Shown in pieces: positions 31,848-38,489 of a stretch of 48,713 bases of DNA. The DNA is from Sedimentisphaerales bacterium (lineage in GTDB: Bacteria; Planctomycetota; Phycisphaerae; Sedimentisphaerales; SM23-30), in the NCBI GenBank assembly GCA_963663965.2, contig CAXXFK010000017.1, positions 1 to 48,713 of the forward strand, in the 5' to 3' direction. The position numbers and the translations under genes were made by a program. A model generated the notes under the pieces. The model saw only the letters and a program-made list of their open reading frames with translations. It had not been told where the DNA came from and did no database searches. Each line of letters opens with the position of its first letter. The stretch's first letter is position 1.

Positions 31848-32414
31848 TTATAATCCAATATTATCAAACCTGAGAGTCAGCACCTTCGTTGTCACCTTAA
31901 TTACCAACGATACCTCATCACTCGCCTTACTCGGATCAAGCAGCCGGTTTGTCTCCACTCGAACCATCGTAATCAGCTTATCATCTTCCAACAATACATG
32001 ATACGGCTGATGTTTTTCATATACTGCCCTGTCACATATCTGATTCTTATTGACCGGGCATGTCAATGCGTCAAACAGCGTCTTCAAGCGGTTGTCGATA
32101 TCCCCGCGATTGACAATATTGCCGGCCTCATCCTTCCATAGCATCAGAATATCCAGCTCACATACCATATCCAGGTTCGTAGAAACCAATGGCGCAAATC
32201 GTATCCCTTCAAATTCCTTCACCACCGATACTTTATGTTCCAACGGTGGATAAGATAGAAATGCTTCCCGCCCTTCAAGCGGCTTATGTTGCCATAACGC
32301 CTCCATCTGCGGCCGCAAATACTCACGAATCGCTTCCTTTGATTCGGGTTTCCCTGTTGGAGGCAATATGCCATCATATCTAAGATAAAATTCCATAAAT
32401 TTCCATTCAGTCAT
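31848..32414 (-). CDS. Hypothetical protein with RusA-like nuclease motif
   Basis: GDIDNRLKTLFDAL..LLEDDKLI matches the RusA D-x-D-N-x-x-K-x-x-x-D..DD pattern. Confidence 0.6.
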   Translation of the reverse strand: MTEWKFMEFYLRYDGILPPTGKPESKEAIREYLRPQMEALWQHKPLEGREAFLSYPPLEHKVSVVKEFEGIRFAPLVSTNLDMVCELDILMLWKDEAGNIVNRGDIDNRLKTLFDALTCPVNKNQICDRAVYEKHQPYHVLLEDDKLITMVRVETNRLLDPSKASDEVSLVIKVTTKVLTLRFDNIGL

Positions 32415-32415
32415 A

Positions 32416-32473
32416 GTATGTCAAGCTTCCAGCTTGACATAAACCCAATGTCAACCAGGATGATTAACCTGCC
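32416..32473. repeat. REP doublet (REPIN) 3
   Basis: GTAT-GTCAAGC-TTCCA-GCTTGAC, spacer, then inverted unit rc GCAG-GTTAATC-ATCCT-GGTTGAC; same family as the RAYT-flanking REPs. Confidence 0.85.
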
Positions 32474-33564
32474 TTATCACTAAATATACCATAGTAATAC
32501 ATACCGTTATCGTTTTTTCTTTCGTCTTTTCACTTTAGATTTACTTCCAGGAAAACTGTTTGCCTTTTTCTCGATATTAGCTTTTGCCAGATTTTGTGTT
32601 CTAGCGATTTCGACAACACCAACAGCAACATTATCGTAAATGGAAGTTGTCACCACAGAAAATGGGTGCTCAAATATTTCTTCAAAGGCTTTGGGGAATC
32701 CTGGATAATTTCGCAGTTCTTTAAATAATGGCCATTTTCGATATGCCAACTCATTAAAACGATCATTTTTTCCAATTTTTTTCATTAATTTAATTGTACT
32801 TTCATATTCTTCTAATAACACGCACTTGGCCATTTTAAACATATCAGACAAAGGTTCCCAATCGATATCTTCTAATATCTTCTTACAACTATCATTGTCA
32901 CCTTGCCATTTATATACTTGCGCTTTATTAATGAGAAGTGGTAGTGTATTTGAATCATGTGTATTAGACGGATAATTATTTAATAAATAATCCAGGATAT
33001 TCATTGCTATCTTGTATTGTTGTTCACAAATCAAATCAACACATATGGCATTTACATATTCTACAATGTTGTTTTTTGTCTCATTATACAGTTTCAATCA
33101 GACAAGAATTGCAAGCTTAAGCCCAACCTCTTCAATCACATTGCAAGCATGCACATGATAGCTATGCTGAACCATAAGATCGCATCCTACCGTCAAATCA
33201 GTTGACAGTTTATAACCAATTTCTTTGCAACAATTAATATATTGCATGGTCACCTTGCCATCCGAATGAACAAATAAATTCCGTCTTTGCGTTATTTCAA
33301 CAAATTCTTTTATTATTTGTTCCTTGTCATAAGAATTACCAAACCCTCTTTTTTCAAACCAATGCAATTGCTCAAGGTGGTTATCGCGTAATACCTCATC
33401 GATTTCTGAATCAATAATTGCCTTCTTGGCATCTTCAAAACTATTGTAAGACAGTATTTCTGATATGTATAATACTCCCCAAAAACTGGACAAAAAAACG
33501 GTGATTTTTAGATGGAATTGCCGCCTGAACCGATTGAATAATTCGTATTCAGGAGACAGTTTTA

Positions 33565-33855
33565 ATGAAAGGCAAACGGCGAAATCACAGTGCCCAGTTT
33601 AAGGCGAAAGTGGCCCTGGCCGCCCTGAAGGGCGACAAGACGCTGGCGGAGTTGGCCAAGGTTTACCAGGTACACCCGACTCAGGTTACCCAGTGGAAAA
33701 AGGAGCTTTTGAATGCCTTGCCGGAGATCTTTTCTCTGAGGCGCCACCAGGATCAGCGCGAGCAGCAGGCTTTGGTGGATCAGTTATATCAGCAGATCGG
33801 CCAACTCACGATGGAGTTGGACTGGCTTAAAAAAAAATCCGGGCTTGACACTTGA
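33565..33855 (+). CDS. IS3 transposase OrfA (HTH)
   Basis: RRNHSAQFKAKVALAAL..TLAELA..VHPTQVTQWK..LYQQIGQL..WLKKK; A9 run at 33829-33837. Confidence 0.92.
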   Translation: MKGKRRNHSAQFKAKVALAALKGDKTLAELAKVYQVHPTQVTQWKKELLNALPEIFSLRRHQDQREQQALVDQLYQQIGQLTMELDWLKKKSGLDT

Positions 33856-34771
33856 GCAGAAGCGCCTGGCGATAGAGCCGGGCCATCCCCGGATTCCGAT
33901 CGATCGTCAGTGTGAACTGCTGGGCCTGGCCCGCAGTAGTTACTATTATCGTCCCTGCCGGGACACGGAGTACCATGAGAGTCTGATGCGGCTATTGGAT
34001 GAACAATACCTCAAAACCCCTTGTTACGGGGTTGACAAGATGACGCAGTGGCTGCGTCGTCAAGGCCACATCGTCAATCCGAAGCGCGTGCGCCGTTTGC
34101 TCCGGCTGATGGGCTTAGAAGCGATTTATCCGCGCGTTAAGCGGCATTTGAGCCAACCGGACCCGGCCCACAAGATTTATCCCTACCTGCTTGATGGGGT
34201 GGTGGTTACCCGGCCGAACCAGGTCTGGTCGACCGATATTACCTATATCCGCATGTCTCAGGGCTGGGTGTACTTAACGGCGGTCATGGATTGGTTCAGC
34301 CGTTATGTGTTAAGCTGGGAAGTTTCGATCACGCTGGAGGCCGATTTTTGCGTATCGGCGTTGGAGCAGGCGCTGGGCCAGGGCACCCCGGAGATCTTCA
34401 ATACGGATCAGGGCAGCCAATTTACATCAGTGGATTTTATCCGGCCCTTGAAAGATGCCGGGATTTTAATCAGCATGGATGGCCGGGGCCGGGTATTTGA
34501 CAACATATTTGTCGAACGGTTATGGCGTTCGGTCAAGGTGGAGGAGGTCTATCTGCGAGATTACCAGACGGTGGCCGAGGCGGTGTTAGGCCTGGGCCGC
34601 TATTTTGAGTTTTACAATCATGAACGGCTGCACGAGGCCCTGGGATACCTTACCCCGGCCGAGGTGTTCGCCGGGGCTGTCGCCCCTCCAGTCGCCCTCC
34701 GGGCTCCTTCCGGGGCGACAGCCCCCACCGTGGCGATAACTCCATCTAAGAAAGTCAATATTTTTGTCTAG
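33845..34771 (+). CDS. IS3 transposase OrfB (DDE/rve)
   Basis: WSTDITYI, FNTDQGSQF, DNIFVERLWRSVKVE, YNHERLH. Confidence 0.93.
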   Translation: MTLEQKRLAIEPGHPRIPIDRQCELLGLARSSYYYRPCRDTEYHESLMRLLDEQYLKTPCYGVDKMTQWLRRQGHIVNPKRVRRLLRLMGLEAIYPRVKRHLSQPDPAHKIYPYLLDGVVVTRPNQVWSTDITYIRMSQGWVYLTAVMDWFSRYVLSWEVSITLEADFCVSALEQALGQGTPEIFNTDQGSQFTSVDFIRPLKDAGILISMDGRGRVFDNIFVERLWRSVKVEEVYLRDYQTVAEAVLGLGRYFEFYNHERLHEALGYLTPAEVFAGAVAPPVALRAPSGATAPTVAITPSKKVNIFV

Positions 34772-35188
34772 ACAATGGGGAGGGGTACAATGGTCAATTG
34801 CCGTTTTGATCCTTTAACCATTTCTGGCTTACTATCATAAATAAGCCCAATCATATCTGCGATTAACTTATCATATATATTAACCAGATTAATTATACCA
34901 TTTCTTGGTAACAGCTTGTTCGCTATAGATATCCTGCCTAATTTCCTTAAATCATTTTCAAACTGAATATAAGTCTCAGAATCTTTTATTTCATAAGATA
35001 ATGCTCCTTCTTGATCACTGGGAATTTTGTGTATATTGTATTTCTCAATAAACTTTTTATTAATCCCATTTTTCATTAGAGAAAGACTACCTGAAATTGC
35101 ATCAAATATTGTCCGGATACAATCAATAGATTCAGTAAACTCTCTGATAACATCCTTAAATACGATACTTATGTCACCACCACTATTA

Positions 35189-36706
35189 TCAGACATCATT
35201 TGCTCCTTTCTTTATTCTCTTTAATAACTCCTCCGCCGGCTCATCATTTAGGTTCTGCTCCACCAGCTTCCCTTCAAACGCCCGCTTCAAAATACTCTGA
35301 CGCATCAATTCCGCTTTTTTTAAGCCATCCTCAATGGCCTCTTCAAGCTTTTCACAAACCGATAGACGAGATTCAATCTCACCAACAACTTGGTTTTGTT
35401 CTTCTCTTAAAGCATAAGGAAACGGGTATTGCTTGAGTTTTTCTCCATTGATATTCGATTGATTCACACCATCCGTTTTAACCTTATTCCCATGATTCTT
35501 GGCAACTATACTGTTCAAATAATAGTTCAAGTAGTCGGGGTTAACCATATCATCTATTTGATTTACTCGTATTAAATACCCTGCAAATATTGCGTCTCTT
35601 CCACCTCTAAAGATTGCAGTTTTCCCAACGAGTTCTGGACTGTTGGTTCTATTGAATAATACATCATTCTTTTTAAGCATATATTTTTCGATCTCTTGTT
35701 TGTCATCAGAATAAACCAAATCAGTCCAATCAATCTTTCCATTCTGAATATTACCCATACGAACAACTGGAACATCTCCACTTTCCTTAGATTTAGCCGA
35801 AGTACCATACTCCACCCCTAAAGTACAATCTCCAACCTTCACCCACCCCCACCCCTCGGGCAATTCGGGCAACTTCGCCAGTTCCTCTTTCGTCAGCGGT
35901 GCTACCTCCTTGATCTTTATTGGCCGGGCCGGTTTCTTCCCCTTTTTGCCATTGGCCTCCCACGCCGCGGTCTGCTTTTCCCACTCTGCTACCTGTTTGC
36001 GGTAATGGTCCTGCCGTTCGGTGCGGATGCGGGCCAGGAGGGTTTCGGCCGGTTCCAGCTTGTCGCGGTTCTCCTGTCGCCACCGCTCCGTCAGCTTCCC
36101 CTCAAACGCGCTTTTGAGCACCGCCTGACGATACACCTTCAACTGATCCCGCGCCGCCTGCAACGACCCCACCGCCGCATCCAGATCCGAAAATAACTCC
36201 TCTAACTTCGCCACAATCCGATACTGCTCGGCAAGAGGAGGAAGAGGAATTAGAATTGCTTCGATTCTCTTACCGGATATATTGGGCTGGGCTCCACCAT
36301 AAGCATCTATCTCTATTTGATCTTTACAGACATACAATAAATAATACACATATTTCTTGCATATCAATTTATCCGAATATAATTTCAAATTGCCTACTCG
36401 CTGATTTTGATACGATTTATCATTTGACCTATAAATACCAAACTTTCCAGTCGTAGCTCCAGACATAGCAATAAGAATATCATCTTTTTCGATCTGATAG
36501 TCTTTATAAATATCTTCAGATTGAATTCTAACAGCATTCTCTGTTTTAACCCCCCCTTCCTGGATATCCGATATCCTTACAACTGGAACACCTTGCTTCA
36601 CAAAACAACTACTTTTGAAAGCATATCCATTCTTTAAGAAGAGGATGTCACCAAAGCTGCATTGTATCCATCCATTGGGTAAAAGCATATTTGCAATCTG
36701 AACCAT
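35189..36706 (-). CDS. hsdS: Type I R-M specificity subunit S
   Basis: Two TRDs opened by LPNGW and LPEGW; conserved PLPPLAEQYRIV and RQAVLKSAFEGKL / RQSILKRAFEGKLV repeats. Confidence 0.95.
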   Translation of the reverse strand: MVQIANMLLPNGWIQCSFGDILFLKNGYAFKSSCFVKQGVPVVRISDIQEGGVKTENAVRIQSEDIYKDYQIEKDDILIAMSGATTGKFGIYRSNDKSYQNQRVGNLKLYSDKLICKKYVYYLLYVCKDQIEIDAYGGAQPNISGKRIEAILIPLPPLAEQYRIVAKLEELFSDLDAAVGSLQAARDQLKVYRQAVLKSAFEGKLTERWRQENRDKLEPAETLLARIRTERQDHYRKQVAEWEKQTAAWEANGKKGKKPARPIKIKEVAPLTKEELAKLPELPEGWGWVKVGDCTLGVEYGTSAKSKESGDVPVVRMGNIQNGKIDWTDLVYSDDKQEIEKYMLKKNDVLFNRTNSPELVGKTAIFRGGRDAIFAGYLIRVNQIDDMVNPDYLNYYLNSIVAKNHGNKVKTDGVNQSNINGEKLKQYPFPYALREEQNQVVGEIESRLSVCEKLEEAIEDGLKKAELMRQSILKRAFEGKLVEQNLNDEPAEELLKRIKKGANDV

Positions 36707-36707
36707 A

Positions 36708-38489
36708 TTATTTTGATAATTCCTTCAGCAACCATTCTAATTGACTGTTTGCATCACATATAATGCGATCATAAGACAAGAATTTAATATCAGGCTGCTC
36801 GTAATGCGCTGACATATTCGAATCTATCTTACCTCCGATAACCATTATGTCAAAAGCTTGACTGAGATGCGTTGTTAAGTCATCACGATATTTTTTTGCC
36901 TGGGCCTCGACATCTCTACCGATTTTATCACTTGGCCTTTTGAATTCGATAAGTAAATACTTCCCAAAAACATTTTGAGTTAGTAATAAATCCGGTCGAT
37001 TATTCTTTCTTTTTCCCGTATATTCTTTTTTTCCATATTCTTCGATTATTTTTTTGGTCGTTTTATTTGATGCCATAATTGAATACTGAACTCCTAATAT
37101 CCATAAATTTTCTTCAAACGCTTTATGCATTTGTATTTCGAGTGTTTCTTTATTGGACACTAGGTCACCCAAATACTCTAGAAATCTAAGCCGACTCCTT
37201 GCCTGAGAACACATCGTGGCCATATCAACTATGCCAAATTCATTTAGAGATTCAGCAAATAGCATAACATCAGAATTCTTAGCTTCTTCGATTTTTTTCA
37301 GAACTGTCCAATACTCATCTTTTTCCATAGCGTCTAATATGAAACTGATAACAACATCTACCCTCTCTTGGGTGTCTCCATAAAATTTTGTTAGTATATA
37401 ATCGAGTTGTTTCTCGGCATATTTTCTTCTGTACTCTGGCAATGCCGATAATCTTTTATTAATCTCCCTTTTTCTTTTCGCTTTTATTCTGTCAATATCA
37501 GCTTTATATAATTTATGTAGCTGTTTTTTTAATTGTGGCCGTACCCAATTTTTAATTTCTTCATACGCTTTGCTATTTGCTATTAAACTACTCCAATCAG
37601 CAGTGATATCCTCTTCAGGAATATTATCCGCTTGAATTTCTCCAGCTATCCTTCGTAGCAGCCTTGTTGGTATCTCCTCATCCTCATCTAGACCAAAAAA
37701 TAATGGCTGACCTATTATTTTATTGTTAACCCTAATAACAATGCCGGCTTGATTCTTTTGTATTGGTTTTTCTAAAACTGAAAACCCGATCTTAATAGGG
37801 CCAGCATTTTGCAAATTGCATTCGTTCGATATTTGATCACCAGGTATATCTTGCGCTTTCAACATTTCTGAGTTGACATATACTTTAAAACCCACTTCTC
37901 TACCATATTCCAAGACAAGTCTTTCTTTTAGTCTTTCAACTAAAGGGAAATTCAATCTTTGATTAAGCTTCTTTAGTACAATCGTTGTCCCATGTTCATT
38001 GCTGTCACATTCTTGAATATTAATCGGTAAGTCAATTTTTTCAATATCTCTCTTTGATTTTACCAATAATATTTTATCTACAATCAAAGAGACTTCTTGA
38101 CCTCTTGACTTCGTTTTCAGATCCATAATATCTGCCATAATGAATCCCGCGAACTTTCCAATTCCCTTTCGACCTTTGACTTTTCTTCCCTTTTGAGTCT
38201 TTTCACCTTTTCTTGATATTCTATCGCTTGCAATTTTTAAATATTCTAACTCCACCTCTTTTATGGTCATGCCGCATCCATCATCTTTTATGATTATTGG
38301 TTGATCAGTGAATGGTTCTGGAAGATCAATCCAAACATTCTCTGCGTCTGCATCCCAAGCGTTATCGACGAGTTCTTTAATAGCATCTTCTGATGATCGA
38401 TAGTTCTCACCTAATATACTCGCCAAACGCGTATCAACTTTAAAATGTACTTTTTTGATCGTTTTTTTTTCTTTTTTTGTCATGTTCAT
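36708..38489 (-). CDS. GHKL (HATPase_c/MORC-like) ATPase fused to a C-terminal PD-(D/E)xK nuclease
   Basis: AIKELVDNAWDADA, DDGCGM, GRKGIGKFAG, HGTTI; C-terminal RPDLLL..LLIEFKRP..QAKKY. Confidence 0.85.
   Translation of the reverse strand: MNMTKKEKKTIKKVHFKVDTRLASILGENYRSSEDAIKELVDNAWDADAENVWIDLPEPFTDQPIIIKDDGCGMTIKEVELEYLKIASDRISRKGEKTQKGRKVKGRKGIGKFAGFIMADIMDLKTKSRGQEVSLIVDKILLVKSKRDIEKIDLPINIQECDSNEHGTTIVLKKLNQRLNFPLVERLKERLVLEYGREVGFKVYVNSEMLKAQDIPGDQISNECNLQNAGPIKIGFSVLEKPIQKNQAGIVIRVNNKIIGQPLFFGLDEDEEIPTRLLRRIAGEIQADNIPEEDITADWSSLIANSKAYEEIKNWVRPQLKKQLHKLYKADIDRIKAKRKREINKRLSALPEYRRKYAEKQLDYILTKFYGDTQERVDVVISFILDAMEKDEYWTVLKKIEEAKNSDVMLFAESLNEFGIVDMATMCSQARSRLRFLEYLGDLVSNKETLEIQMHKAFEENLWILGVQYSIMASNKTTKKIIEEYGKKEYTGKRKNNRPDLLLTQNVFGKYLLIEFKRPSDKIGRDVEAQAKKYRDDLTTHLSQAFDIMVIGGKIDSNMSAHYEQPDIKFLSYDRIICDANSQLEWLLKELSK

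Larger units (their letters stand above)
33468..34789 (+). mobile_element. IS3-family insertion sequence, 1322 bp, 3-bp target duplication ATG
   Basis: Imperfect terminal IRs TATAATACTCCCCAAAAACTGGACAAAAA and rc TGTACCCCTCCCCATTGTCTAGACAAAAA, both with TTAGATGGA at the same offset. ATG at 33465-33467 and 34790-34792. Confidence 0.93.
32507..35199 (-). pseudogene. HEPN-motif protein (about 455 aa reconstructed), disrupted by IS3 and an in-frame TGA
   Basis: Removing the IS and one ATG duplicate joins KRQLT-ISEILSY in frame. TGA at 33098-33100 is in frame with 32507-33097. RRNLFVH is an R-x4-H motif. Confidence 0.8.

Noticed and set aside
30145..32473. CRISPR array or integron attC interpretation of the repeats
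   Set aside because: No regular repeat-spacer period, no cas genes and no integron integrase. The units have a GTAG-type foot plus hairpin and flank a RAYT, which fits REPs.
33098..33493. 131-aa ORF as an independent gene
   Set aside because: Its first residues come from the IS3 left end; it is the middle fragment of the HEPN pseudogene.
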